A stretch of DNA of 64,000 nucleotides from an uncultured Mycoplasma sp. (lineage in GTDB: Bacteria > Bacillota_I > Bacilli_A > RF39 > UBA660), in NCBI GenBank assembly GCA_947642635.1, contig CANRTI010000004.1, positions 5,467 through 69,466 on the forward strand, given 5' to 3'. Of this stretch, positions 28,649-38,182 are shown one piece after another (the first letter of the stretch is position 1; each line of letters begins with the position of its first letter). Below the pieces are notes generated by a model. That model did not search any database, was not told the origin of the DNA, and saw nothing but the letters and a program-made list of their open reading frames with translations. Made by a program: the position numbers and the translations under genes.

Positions 28649-30022
28649 ATGAATAAAACTAATAATAAGAAATTTGTTATTACAATTTTGATAATTTTAA
28701 TTGCGGGAATAGTTTTTTACTTTTCTAATATTTATGGTAAAACTTATGATGATGTTATAAAAACAAAAATAACAAGTAATTTAAATGGAACGATACTTTA
28801 TAATAATGATAAAAATTTAATAATTAAAGATGAAAATAATGTTACATATGATTTTGAAACCGATAAAGTAAAAGAATATGCAGGAACTGAAATCAAAATT
28901 AACTGTGATGGCGATATTTTAAAAGATAATACTAAACAAGATTGTGAAATAAATGATTATGAAGTCATTGAAGAAAGTAAAATACCTAGTTCTTGGTTAG
29001 ATAATGGAATTTTTAGTAAATATTATGTAGATGCTTATGAAACATTAAAAAAAATGACAACTGAAGAAAAAATTGCCCAAACACTTTTAGTAAGATTTCC
29101 CGATACAAACGGAGTTAATTTACAACAACAATATCAATTTGGAGGTTATGTTTTTTTTGAAAGAGATTTTAAAAATAAAACAGTCGAAGAAATTCAAGTC
29201 ATGATTAATGAAGTTCAAAATGTTTCTAAAATACCTATTTTAACTGCGATTGACGAAGAAGGAGGAAAGGTAACAAGACTTAGTAGTAATCCTAATGTAG
29301 TAACTACGCCTTTTAAATCATCTCAAGAATTATATGCTAATGGTGGTTTTGAAGCTATTAAAGAAGATGTATTAAATAAAAGTAAAGTATTAAAAAATTT
29401 AGGATTAAATTTAAATTTAGCTCCCGTACTAGATATTTCAGTAAATCCAAATAACTATATTTATCCTAGAAGTTTTGGACAAAATGCAAATATGACTAGT
29501 GAATATGCAGAAACTGTTGTTAAATCTAGTAAAAATACAGGAGTATCTTATACTTTAAAACATTTCCCTGGATATGGAAGTAATTTAGATACCCATCAAG
29601 GAATATCTTTAGATAATAAAAGCTATGAGAGTATTTTAAATGAAGATATTCTTCCATTTAAAAGAGGAATAAATGTGGGAGCTGAAGCTGTAATGACAAG
29701 TCATAATATTCATGCAAGTATTGATCAATTTCCAGCTTCACTTTCTCCTAAAGTTCATGATATTTTAAGAAGTGATTTAAATTTTACTGGAGTAATTATT
29801 ACTGATGATCTTAGCATGAAAGCTTTAGATATATTTGAAAATAAAACTGCTCAAGCATTACTTGCAGGAAATGATTTAATTATTACATCGGATGCTGATA
29901 AAAGTTTTCAAGAAATTCAAAATGGATTAAATAATGGAATAATAAAAAGTGAAACTCTTGATAAAGTAGTTTTTCGTATTTTGGCTTTTAAATATACAAA
30001 AGGGTTATTAACATCTAATTAA
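28649..30022 (+). CDS. glycoside hydrolase family 3 beta-N-acetylhexosaminidase (NagZ/YbbD-like), membrane anchored
   Basis: GH3 N-terminal-domain motifs KHFPGYG and D-rich catalytic regions. N-terminal TM segment. Confidence 0.75.
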   Translation: MNKTNNKKFVITILIILIAGIVFYFSNIYGKTYDDVIKTKITSNLNGTILYNNDKNLIIKDENNVTYDFETDKVKEYAGTEIKINCDGDILKDNTKQDCEINDYEVIEESKIPSSWLDNGIFSKYYVDAYETLKKMTTEEKIAQTLLVRFPDTNGVNLQQQYQFGGYVFFERDFKNKTVEEIQVMINEVQNVSKIPILTAIDEEGGKVTRLSSNPNVVTTPFKSSQELYANGGFEAIKEDVLNKSKVLKNLGLNLNLAPVLDISVNPNNYIYPRSFGQNANMTSEYAETVVKSSKNTGVSYTLKHFPGYGSNLDTHQGISLDNKSYESILNEDILPFKRGINVGAEAVMTSHNIHASIDQFPASLSPKVHDILRSDLNFTGVIITDDLSMKALDIFENKTAQALLAGNDLIITSDADKSFQEIQNGLNNGIIKSETLDKVVFRILAFKYTKGLLTSN

Positions 30023-30330
30023 AATAACAGAGTAATAGATAAGTTACGTATAACTTAATCATCTCTGTTTTTAATTTAGACAAAATATTAAATCATTTTA
30101 TCTTAGATAATCTTTGTCTTCTATCTTCCCAAAATTATAGCCATAACCATAATATCTTTCAAGTTATAGAAGGCTGGGCGAACCGAATTCGTATTAGTCA
30201 AATTAGGATTGTTGACATTGCCGTTCGAATTCACATCCCACGCATTGTAATTGCCACCATTATAACCGTAACGCGTGTATTCTTTATCAAGACTACCTTA
30301 TATTTATTATAAAGTAATTTTAATTGAAGT
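30021..30330. repeat. ~300-bp cassette repeat copy A (terminator hairpin + 3' gene-fragment + conserved 3'UTR)
   Basis: ~90% DNA identity with 32181..32490 and 34245..34530. Confidence 0.8.
30121..30300 (-). pseudogene. 3'-terminal fragment of surface-protein paralog (no start codon)
   Basis: Translates to ...DKEYTRYGYNGGNYNAWDVNSNGNVNNPNLTNTNSVRPAFYNLKD*, homologous to the paralog C-terminus (SVRPVFYL). Frameshifted at the position of the copy-B ATG. Confidence 0.55.
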
Positions 30331-30346
30331 TAAATACTTTTGGTAT

Positions 30347-31864
30347 TTAGTTGACAATAATATATGGGTCAGTTTGTGTACCACTTCCAGAAATTTCAAT
30401 TGTTGGTACTAAATAGAAAACTGGACGAACCGAATGCTTATTACTTAAAGTACCCATGGTGTAAAGCATGACTCTGCCGTCCGAAGCCACACGCCACGCA
30501 TCATAAGCACTGTAGTATAATTCCTCGGATGAGATGTAACCATAACGCGACATGGTCCATTCATATGATGTGTTTAGTGCACTTATATCATTATTTGAAA
30601 AGTGCATCCAGCTTGTTTTACATGTACTATATTGTCCTGAATTACTACAGTTTGTTCCTGTTTTACTTAATCCATAATAATAATCTGTTACATACATTAA
30701 TCCTATTTTTGCACTTACTCTTGTACTCCACAATTGTTCTTGTTGCACCATTTGTGTCGCTGTTTTATTTGCATTTGTAAAATCTCCATATTTCCAGTCC
30801 ACCGTCTCTATTTTTTCTTCCCATCGGCTTGGTACGTATGTTGTGTTTCCTATAAATAAATCACTATATTTTCCTCCACTTATTCCATTTAACCCTTTAA
30901 ATAAATCACTTGCATTCCATTTGATATCTTGATTATATACATTATGCCAATAGAAAACTTTGTTGCTATTTTGTTCTATTGGTGTTTTCTTTATTAATTT
31001 AAATCTTCCTTTTTTATCTACTCCTATTATTCGATACATATATTTATCAATATCATCTATACAGATATCTTTATCATTTGTTCCAAAACAGATATAGTTT
31101 GGTGGGTTTGTTCCATAATATCTTGTTACCAATTCATCTTGTGCTACTCCAGTTGGTTCTAACACTCCACTTATTGGTTTATCCGCCAAACTATCACCAG
31201 TTATTGGGGGATTATACTCTATACAATCACTTTTTGCTTCAGATATGCCCTCAGCTATATCTTTGATATATGCATACAATATTTTATTACCTCTATTATT
31301 ACTTAATGTGAAATTGTTATTTATTTCGGTTACTCCATTAGTACTTTGCCACGTACAACTATCAATATCTTGTGTCTCACTTATACAGTATTCTTTAATA
31401 TATTGGTCACCCCATTTTAAATGAATTGTTACTTCTGGTACTTTAGTTGTTTTATTACTTGTTTCATCATTTATATAAAACTTATCAATTATTGGTGCAT
31501 CTTTCTTATCAAAATAAAGATAACAATATAGTTTTTGATTTAATCTTAAACTTACTTTACCACTTTCATAGTTAATTGCGTTTACCACTTCTTTTCCTGT
31601 GGTATCAATACATCCGGATTTTTCGCTATTATATATGTATCCTACTTTGGGAAATGTAGTACTTGTACTTTCTTTATAACTACCATCGCCTTCATTTAAC
31701 ATAATAGCTACTGTTTTCTTTTCCTTTTTGTTTTCTTCTTTAAATTTAACATCATCTATTATTGTTACTTTATGCGATAATGATTTCCATGTTAAAAAGA
31801 TTGAACATACTTCCATTATTGTTAATATCATTATTAATACTATTTTCGTTCTTTTCATCTTCAA
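30347..31864 (-). CDS. membrane-anchored surface protein, paralog 2
   Basis: N-terminal ~230 aa are ~90% identical to paralog 3. Shares the conserved C-terminal family domain. Confidence 0.65.
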   Translation of the reverse strand: MKMKRTKIVLIMILTIMEVCSIFLTWKSLSHKVTIIDDVKFKEENKKEKKTVAIMLNEGDGSYKESTSTTFPKVGYIYNSEKSGCIDTTGKEVVNAINYESGKVSLRLNQKLYCYLYFDKKDAPIIDKFYINDETSNKTTKVPEVTIHLKWGDQYIKEYCISETQDIDSCTWQSTNGVTEINNNFTLSNNRGNKILYAYIKDIAEGISEAKSDCIEYNPPITGDSLADKPISGVLEPTGVAQDELVTRYYGTNPPNYICFGTNDKDICIDDIDKYMYRIIGVDKKGRFKLIKKTPIEQNSNKVFYWHNVYNQDIKWNASDLFKGLNGISGGKYSDLFIGNTTYVPSRWEEKIETVDWKYGDFTNANKTATQMVQQEQLWSTRVSAKIGLMYVTDYYYGLSKTGTNCSNSGQYSTCKTSWMHFSNNDISALNTSYEWTMSRYGYISSEELYYSAYDAWRVASDGRVMLYTMGTLSNKHSVRPVFYLVPTIEISGSGTQTDPYIIVN

Positions 31865-31959
31865 ATACCTCTTATTATTTTTATATTAACCCAAAATAGG
31901 TTAAAAGTCAATAACCCATTTTAGGTTATGTTATTATGCGATTAGGGAATAATAAAATT

Positions 31960-32187
31960 ATGAATAGATTAAAAGAAATTAGAGAAGATAACGATTTAAA
32001 TCAATCTCAAGTGGCTAAAATTTTAGATATGAGCCAAACTGGTTATTCAAAATATGAATGCGAAACAAATGATATTCCTACAGAAATATTAAAAAAACTA
32101 GCTGATTATTATAATACTAGTATTGATTATTTATTATATGAAACTGATGTCCGCAATCGTTATCCCAAAAGTTTATTAAAAAAATAA
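31960..32187 (+). CDS. XRE-family HTH transcriptional regulator (divergent from paralog 2)
   Basis: HTH_3 motif QSQVAKILDMSQTGYSKYE. Likely start is MNRLKEIR; the ORF track starts 8 codons upstream. Confidence 0.7.
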   Translation: MNRLKEIREDNDLNQSQVAKILDMSQTGYSKYECETNDIPTEILKKLADYYNTSIDYLLYETDVRNRYPKSLLKK

Positions 32188-32490
32188 CAGAGTAAATAGG
32201 CAATCTCGTAAGATTAACCATCTCTGTTTTTAATTTAGATAAAATATTAAAATCATTTCATCCTAGATAATCTTTGTCTTCTATCTTCCCAAAATTATAG
32301 CCATAACCATAATATCTTTCAAGTTATAGAAGGCTGGGCGAACCGAATTCGTATTATTCAAATTCCAATTGTTGACATTGCCGTTCGAATTCACATCCCA
32401 CGCATTGTAACCGCTGCCATTATAACCGTAACGCGTGTATTCTTTATCAAGACTACCTATATTCATTATAAAGTAATTTTATTTGAAGTT
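32181..32490. repeat. cassette repeat copy B
   Basis: DNA identity with copies A and C. Confidence 0.8.
32281..32466 (-). pseudogene. 61-aa ORF = 3' fragment of surface-protein paralog (intact ATG only in this copy)
   Basis: Translates to MNIGSLDKEYTRYGYNGSGYNAWDVNSNGNVNNWNLNNTNSVRPAFYNLKD.., homologous to the family C-terminus. Confidence 0.5.
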
Positions 32491-32505
32491 AAATATTTTT
32501 ACTAT

Positions 32506-33927
32506 TTAGTTGACAATAATGTAAGGATCAGTAATGGTACCATTACCTGATACTTCTATATTAGATTTTAAATAAAAGACAGGTCTAACATTATAAGGAA
32601 GATCAACCCAATTAGAACTAATAAAACCTGTGATATGAATAGCCCTAGCTACTCCCGTAGATGATGCAGTCATTGTCCATTCAGTCCAATCTGTTAATGT
32701 ACTATCATTGTTTTTCAAAAATAACCAATTATCAATACAATATGAGTTACCATAAATACCACAATCCGCTCCCTCTTTTTGATAAGCATATGTTAAATCA
32801 GTCATATATAATATACCTATTTTCGCACTAATTGTGGATGTAAATCCCTGTTCAGTTTTAAGAGCTGTAATTGCTCTAACATCTGTACCATTATAACTTC
32901 CATATTTCCAATTTACTGTCTCTATTTTGTCACTCCATTTAGAAGAAATATTTGATAGAAATGCACTTCCGTTTACTAGCGTGTATAATGCACTTTGTGA
33001 CCATTGAATAGTATCTTTTGTTGAATTATGCCATTGATATGCTGTATTCAACGCCTCTTTTTTTATTAACTTAAATCTATTACTTTTATCTACTCCAATT
33101 ATTCGGTACATATATTTATCGGTATCATTTACACATGTATCTTTAACAATTGTTCCAAAACAAATATAATTTGCTGGATTTGTTCCATAATATCTCATCT
33201 TTAGTTCATCCTGAGATACTCCTGTTGATTCTAATACTCCATCTATCGGCTTATTTGCTAAATCACCACCTGTTATTGGTACTTTATACTCTATACTATC
33301 ACTTTTGACTTCCGATACTCCTTCAGCTATATCCTTGATATATGCATATATTGTTTTCTTTCCTTCACTTGTAAAAGTATATTTTGAAGTGATTTCTGTT
33401 CCTCCATTAGTACTTTGCCATGAACAACTATCAATATCTTGTGTCTCACTTATACAGTATTCTTTAATATATTGGTCACTCCATTTTAGATGAATTGTTA
33501 CTTCTGGTTCTTTAGTTACTTTATTACTTGTTTCATCATTGATATAAAACTTATCAATGATTGGTTTCTCTTTCTTATCAAAATATAGATAACAATATAA
33601 CTTTTGATTCAATCTTAAACTTACTTTTCCACTTTCATAGCTAATTGCATTTACCACTTCTTTTCCTGTGGTATCAATACATCCAGATTTCTGGGTATTA
33701 TATATGTATCCTACTTTGGGAAAAGTTGTACTCTCACTTTCTTTATAACTACCATTTCCATCATTTAACATAATAGCTACTGCTTTCTTTTCCTTTTTAT
33801 TTTCCTCTTTAAACTTAACATTATCTATTATTGTTATTTTATGCGATAATGATTTCCATGTTAAAAAGATTGAACATACTTCCATTATTGCTAATATCAT
33901 TATTAATATTATTTTTGTTCTTTTCAT
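32506..33927 (-). CDS. membrane-anchored surface protein, paralog 3
   Basis: As for paralog 2. Confidence 0.65.
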   Translation of the reverse strand: MKRTKIILIMILAIMEVCSIFLTWKSLSHKITIIDNVKFKEENKKEKKAVAIMLNDGNGSYKESESTTFPKVGYIYNTQKSGCIDTTGKEVVNAISYESGKVSLRLNQKLYCYLYFDKKEKPIIDKFYINDETSNKVTKEPEVTIHLKWSDQYIKEYCISETQDIDSCSWQSTNGGTEITSKYTFTSEGKKTIYAYIKDIAEGVSEVKSDSIEYKVPITGGDLANKPIDGVLESTGVSQDELKMRYYGTNPANYICFGTIVKDTCVNDTDKYMYRIIGVDKSNRFKLIKKEALNTAYQWHNSTKDTIQWSQSALYTLVNGSAFLSNISSKWSDKIETVNWKYGSYNGTDVRAITALKTEQGFTSTISAKIGILYMTDLTYAYQKEGADCGIYGNSYCIDNWLFLKNNDSTLTDWTEWTMTASSTGVARAIHITGFISSNWVDLPYNVRPVFYLKSNIEVSGNGTITDPYIIVN

Positions 33928-34025
33928 ATATTATCCTCTTTATCTTAATATAATAATATCTCAAAATGCGATACTAGTCAATATAACAATTTGAGATATG
34001 ATATGTTTTTTGAGGTGAAAACAAA

Positions 34026-34253
34026 ATGAATAGATTAAAAGAAATTAGAGAAGATAAAGATTTATTGCAATCTGATATTGCCAAAATACTTGGAATGAGC
34101 CAAAATGGTTATTCTTTATATGAAAATGGTGAACGAAAAATTCCAGTTGATAAATTGCGAATTTTGGCAGACTTTTATAATACTAGTATTGATTATTTAT
34201 TATACGAAACTGATGTCCGTAATCGTTATCCCAAAAGTTTATTAAAAAAATAA
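34026..34253 (+). CDS. XRE-family HTH transcriptional regulator (divergent from paralog 3)
   Basis: HTH_3 motif. C-terminal 25 aa are identical to the other XRE copy, but the recognition helix differs. Confidence 0.7.
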   Translation: MNRLKEIREDKDLLQSDIAKILGMSQNGYSLYENGERKIPVDKLRILADFYNTSIDYLLYETDVRNRYPKSLLKK

Positions 34254-34530
34254 CGGAGTTGCTAGGTTATCTCGTAAGATTAGCCATCTCCGTTTTTAAT
34301 TTGGATAAAATATTAAATCATTTAATCCTAGATAGTCTTTGTCTCCTATCTTCCCAAAAATATAGCCATAACCATATTATCTTTCAAGTTATAAGAGGCT
34401 GGGCGAACCGAATTCGTATTATTCAAATTGGTATTGCCGACATTGCCGTTCGAATTCACATTCCACGCATTGTAATTGCCGTTGCTATTCCGACCGTAAC
34501 GCGACTATTTTCTTTAGCAAGACTACCCTA
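34245..34530. repeat. cassette repeat copy C (more diverged, frameshifted fragment)
   Basis: DNA identity with copies A and B. The hairpin shows compensatory changes. Confidence 0.75.
34346..34530 (-). pseudogene. frameshifted 3' fragment of surface-protein paralog
   Basis: Homologous to the copy-B ORF but with a 5-nt indel. Confidence 0.45.
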
Positions 34531-34588
34531 TTTTTATTATAACATAAGTTTAAAAGAAAAAATGTTGAAAACATTTAAATTTTCAACA

Positions 34589-35269
34589 TTAACGATCATT
34601 ATTGAATATTGCAATCAATCTTATAATTTCTAAAATAGATGTCAATACTGATGCAACATAAGTCATTGCTGCAGAAGATAACATTTTAGTTACACCCACA
34701 ATTTCCTCAGTATCAACTAATTTTAATTTTTCTAATTCTAATTTTGCTCTTTTACTGGCATTAAATTCAACTGGTAAAGTAATTAATTGAAAAATTAACC
34801 CGATACAAATTAAACCTATTCCAAAAGCAAAAACTCGAAAGTATTCAGTTAGTAAACCAATAAAGATTACAATCCAAGAAAATTTAGAAACCAAACCAAC
34901 AAATGGCGCAATAAAACTTCTAATACGCATAAATGAATATTTTTCTTTATCTTGAATGGCATGGCCACATTCATGAGCTGCAACAGCAGCAGCAGCTACT
35001 GTTTCTCCATTAAAAATATCTTTAGATAATTTTAAAACTTTTCTCGTTGGATCATAATGGTCAGTTAAATTACCAGGTGTTTCAACAACATAAATGTCTT
35101 CTAATCCATTAGCATCTAAAATTTTTCTTGCAACTTCAAATCCTGACATTCCTTTTTTATTATCGACTTTCTTATATTTACTATAAGATAAACTTATTTT
35201 AATTTGTGCAATTATTGGAATAGCAATAATTAGTATATACAATATTATATTTAAACTATCATATCTCAT
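34589..35269 (-). CDS. zinc metallopeptidase, YugP family
   Basis: HECGHAIQD zinc-binding motif plus TM segments. Confidence 0.7.
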   Translation of the reverse strand: MRYDSLNIILYILIIAIPIIAQIKISLSYSKYKKVDNKKGMSGFEVARKILDANGLEDIYVVETPGNLTDHYDPTRKVLKLSKDIFNGETVAAAAVAAHECGHAIQDKEKYSFMRIRSFIAPFVGLVSKFSWIVIFIGLLTEYFRVFAFGIGLICIGLIFQLITLPVEFNASKRAKLELEKLKLVDTEEIVGVTKMLSSAAMTYVASVLTSILEIIRLIAIFNNDR

Positions 35270-36654
35270 TAAATCACCTCAACTTTTGTTCCTTCTCTAG
35301 TATCTTTAATACTAATTCCCATTTTTAATAATTCCTCTCTTATTTGATCAGCTTTTTGATAATCTTTATTTTCTTTTGCTGCATTTCTTTCTGCAATCTT
35401 TTGATTAATAAACTCATCATTTATAATATTTATATTATTTTCAGTTAAATCTAACCCTAAAACTTGATCAAAACTTTTAATTAACTTTAATTTAGTGGCA
35501 TCATTAATATTGGATTTTAAAACTTCATATAAAAGTGTAATAGCATTAGCAGTATTTAAATCATCACTTAAATAACTTTTAAACTTATCATTAAATTCCT
35601 CATAATGTGGATTATCAATATCTCCACTACTATTCAAACTTAAAATCTTACTTTTTAATTTTCTATAAGTATTTTCAGCACTATCTAACGCATCATAGGA
35701 AAATGTTAATTGTTTATGATAATGACTTTGTAAACACATAAAGCGATAACTTAAAGGATTATATCCTTTCTCTTTTAAAATATTAACTGTTAAAACATCG
35801 CCTTTACTTTTACTCATTTTCCCTCTAGTATCATTTAAATGTTCAACATGTAACCAATAATTACACCATTTGTGTCCTAAATAACTTTCTGACTGAGCTA
35901 TTTCGTTAGTATGATGTGGAAAAATATTATCTACTCCCCCACAATGAATATCCAAATAAGGTCCTAGGTTTTTAATACTAATACCTGTACATTCAATGTG
36001 CCATCCAGGATATCCTTCACCAAAAGGACTATCCCATTTTAATTCTTGACTTTGAAATTTGGACTTTGTAAACCATAGAGCAAAATCAGTTTTATTACGC
36101 TTGTTATCATCTATTTCAACGGTATCACGAACTGCACTCTTTAAATCTTCACTATCTTGATTTGTTAAAGTGTAATAATTATCTAACTTTGAAGTATCAA
36201 AATAAATATTTCCTCCACTAGAATAAGCATAACCATCTTCTAGTAATTTTTCAATTATCGTAATATATAAAGAAATATTTTCGGTTGCTGGACTAATAAT
36301 TTCTGGTTTTTTTATATTTAAAGTTTCTAAATCTTGAAAAAAAGCTTCTGTATAAAATTTTGCAATTTCTAAAACACTTTTGTTTTCTTTTTTAGCACTT
36401 TTAACCATTTTATCATCACCAGTATCAGCATCACTAGTTAAATGTCCTACATCAGTAATATTCATACATCTTTTAACTTTGTATCCTAAATAAATTAATG
36501 TTTTTTCTAAAATATCTTCCATAATATATGTTCTTAAATTACCAATATGGGCATAACTATAAACTGTTGGACCACAAGTATACATCGTTACATAGTCTTT
36601 ATTCCAAGGAACAAACCTTTCTTTTCGATGAGTTCTTGTATTATATAATTCCAT
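35269..36654 (-). CDS. cysS: cysteinyl-tRNA synthetase
   Basis: HIGN(L) motif, KMSKS motif and class I CysRS sequence. Confidence 0.9.
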   Translation of the reverse strand: MELYNTRTHRKERFVPWNKDYVTMYTCGPTVYSYAHIGNLRTYIMEDILEKTLIYLGYKVKRCMNITDVGHLTSDADTGDDKMVKSAKKENKSVLEIAKFYTEAFFQDLETLNIKKPEIISPATENISLYITIIEKLLEDGYAYSSGGNIYFDTSKLDNYYTLTNQDSEDLKSAVRDTVEIDDNKRNKTDFALWFTKSKFQSQELKWDSPFGEGYPGWHIECTGISIKNLGPYLDIHCGGVDNIFPHHTNEIAQSESYLGHKWCNYWLHVEHLNDTRGKMSKSKGDVLTVNILKEKGYNPLSYRFMCLQSHYHKQLTFSYDALDSAENTYRKLKSKILSLNSSGDIDNPHYEEFNDKFKSYLSDDLNTANAITLLYEVLKSNINDATKLKLIKSFDQVLGLDLTENNINIINDEFINQKIAERNAAKENKDYQKADQIREELLKMGISIKDTREGTKVEVI

Positions 36655-36662
36655 ATTGCCTC

Positions 36663-38090
36663 CTAGCTAAGTCTTTCAAGGACTTGTTCTTTACCAATTA
36701 AATATAATTCATCAGGTAGTTCTGGACCATGTTCAACACCACTTATTTTAATACGTATTGGCATATATAAAAGTTTTCCTTTAATACCTGTTTTTTCTTT
36801 AACAATATCGATCACTTTAGCAATATTTTCTACTTGCCAGTCAGTTATTTTTTCTAATTCTTCTTTATAACAAGCAATTACTTTTGTTATATTTTCATCA
36901 CTTCTTAAAAATTCTTGATTTTCTTTACTAATTGTAAAATCTTTATTAAAAAATATTTTGACTACTTCGTTAATTTCACTACCACAAGATATATGACTAC
37001 GATAAATTAATAATAATTTTTCTACCCATTCAGAACTTTTATTTGAAATATCCCAAGTTAGAAATGGCTTAATATATTCTAAATATTCTTGTTCACTTAA
37101 CATATTATTAATATATTTATGATTAAACCATTTTAATTTTTTAATATCATATGTCGCTGGGGATTTACTTATTCTTTTAGGATCAAATACTTTTATTAAT
37201 TCATCCATTTTGTAAACTTCTTCATTAGTTTCTGGTGACCATCCTAATAAAACTAAATAGTTAACAATCGCTTCTGGTAAAAAACCTTCGTTATATAAAT
37301 CCATAAATGAAGCATCGCCATTTCGTTTGGATAACTTATTACCATCACTTCCTAAAACCATCGGAACATGTATGTAGGTAGGAGCAACCCATCCAAATGC
37401 TTCATATAATAAATTATATTTTGGAGTTTGACTTAAATACTCATTTCCTCTAATAACATGAGTAATACCCATTAAATGATCGTCAATTACATTGGCAAAA
37501 TTATAAGTGGGATAACCATCACTTTTTAATAAAATTTGATCTTCAAGAACACTATTATCGACTTTAACATTTCCATAAACAACATCTCTAACAATACTTT
37601 CACCTGTTTTTGGCATTTTTTGTCTAATAACATATTTTTCCCCATTTTGAATTTTTTCTGCAATAGTCTCTTTTGATAAATGGGAACAGCGACCATCATA
37701 CATAAATGGTTTTTTTCTTTTTTCAGCAATAGCTCGCATACTTTCTAAAGTTTCTTCAGTACAAAAACAATAGTAAGCTTTTCCTTTTTCTACTAACTCT
37801 TCAGCATATTTTTGATATAACTCTAGTCTTTCACTTTGAATATAAGGTCCACAAGTTCCAGCATTACTTGGTCCTTCATCAATATCAATATTACATAATT
37901 TTAAAGTATCATAAATAAAATCTATAGCTCCTTCTACTTTTCTGGATTGATCAGTATCTTCTATCCGTAAAATAAATTCGCCATTTTCATGCTTTGCTAC
38001 TAAGTATTCAAAAATAGCAGTCCTTAAATTACCTATATGCATAAATCCTGTTGGGGATGGAGCAAATCTTGTTCTTGTCATAATAATCAC
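36663..38090 (-). CDS. gltX: glutamyl-tRNA synthetase
   Basis: RTRFAPSPTGFMHIGNLRTA N-terminus and KLSKR motif. Confidence 0.9.
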   Translation of the reverse strand: MIIMTRTRFAPSPTGFMHIGNLRTAIFEYLVAKHENGEFILRIEDTDQSRKVEGAIDFIYDTLKLCNIDIDEGPSNAGTCGPYIQSERLELYQKYAEELVEKGKAYYCFCTEETLESMRAIAEKRKKPFMYDGRCSHLSKETIAEKIQNGEKYVIRQKMPKTGESIVRDVVYGNVKVDNSVLEDQILLKSDGYPTYNFANVIDDHLMGITHVIRGNEYLSQTPKYNLLYEAFGWVAPTYIHVPMVLGSDGNKLSKRNGDASFMDLYNEGFLPEAIVNYLVLLGWSPETNEEVYKMDELIKVFDPKRISKSPATYDIKKLKWFNHKYINNMLSEQEYLEYIKPFLTWDISNKSSEWVEKLLLIYRSHISCGSEINEVVKIFFNKDFTISKENQEFLRSDENITKVIACYKEELEKITDWQVENIAKVIDIVKEKTGIKGKLLYMPIRIKISGVEHGPELPDELYLIGKEQVLERLS

Positions 38091-38151
38091 TTCCTTACTT
38101 CTTATTTTATCATATTATATAATTATTTTATAGCAATCTAAGAATTTATAT

Positions 38152-38182
38152 GAAAAAAAATACAAGTTTTTATTCTTGTATT
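38152..38182 (-). terminator. rho-independent terminator of tex
   Basis: AATACAAG/CTTGTATT stem followed by T8 on the minus strand. Confidence 0.5.

Noticed and set aside
34259-34633. 124-aa plus-strand ORF spanning repeat copy C
   Set aside because: It lies across the conserved repeat and terminator hairpin, is absent from the equivalent positions in copies A and B, and has odd composition. Likely spurious.
38091-38181. T-box leader upstream of gltX-cysS
   Set aside because: The leader is only ~90 nt and is mostly the tex terminator. No specifier/antiterminator (AGGGTGGNACCGCG-like) sequence is present.
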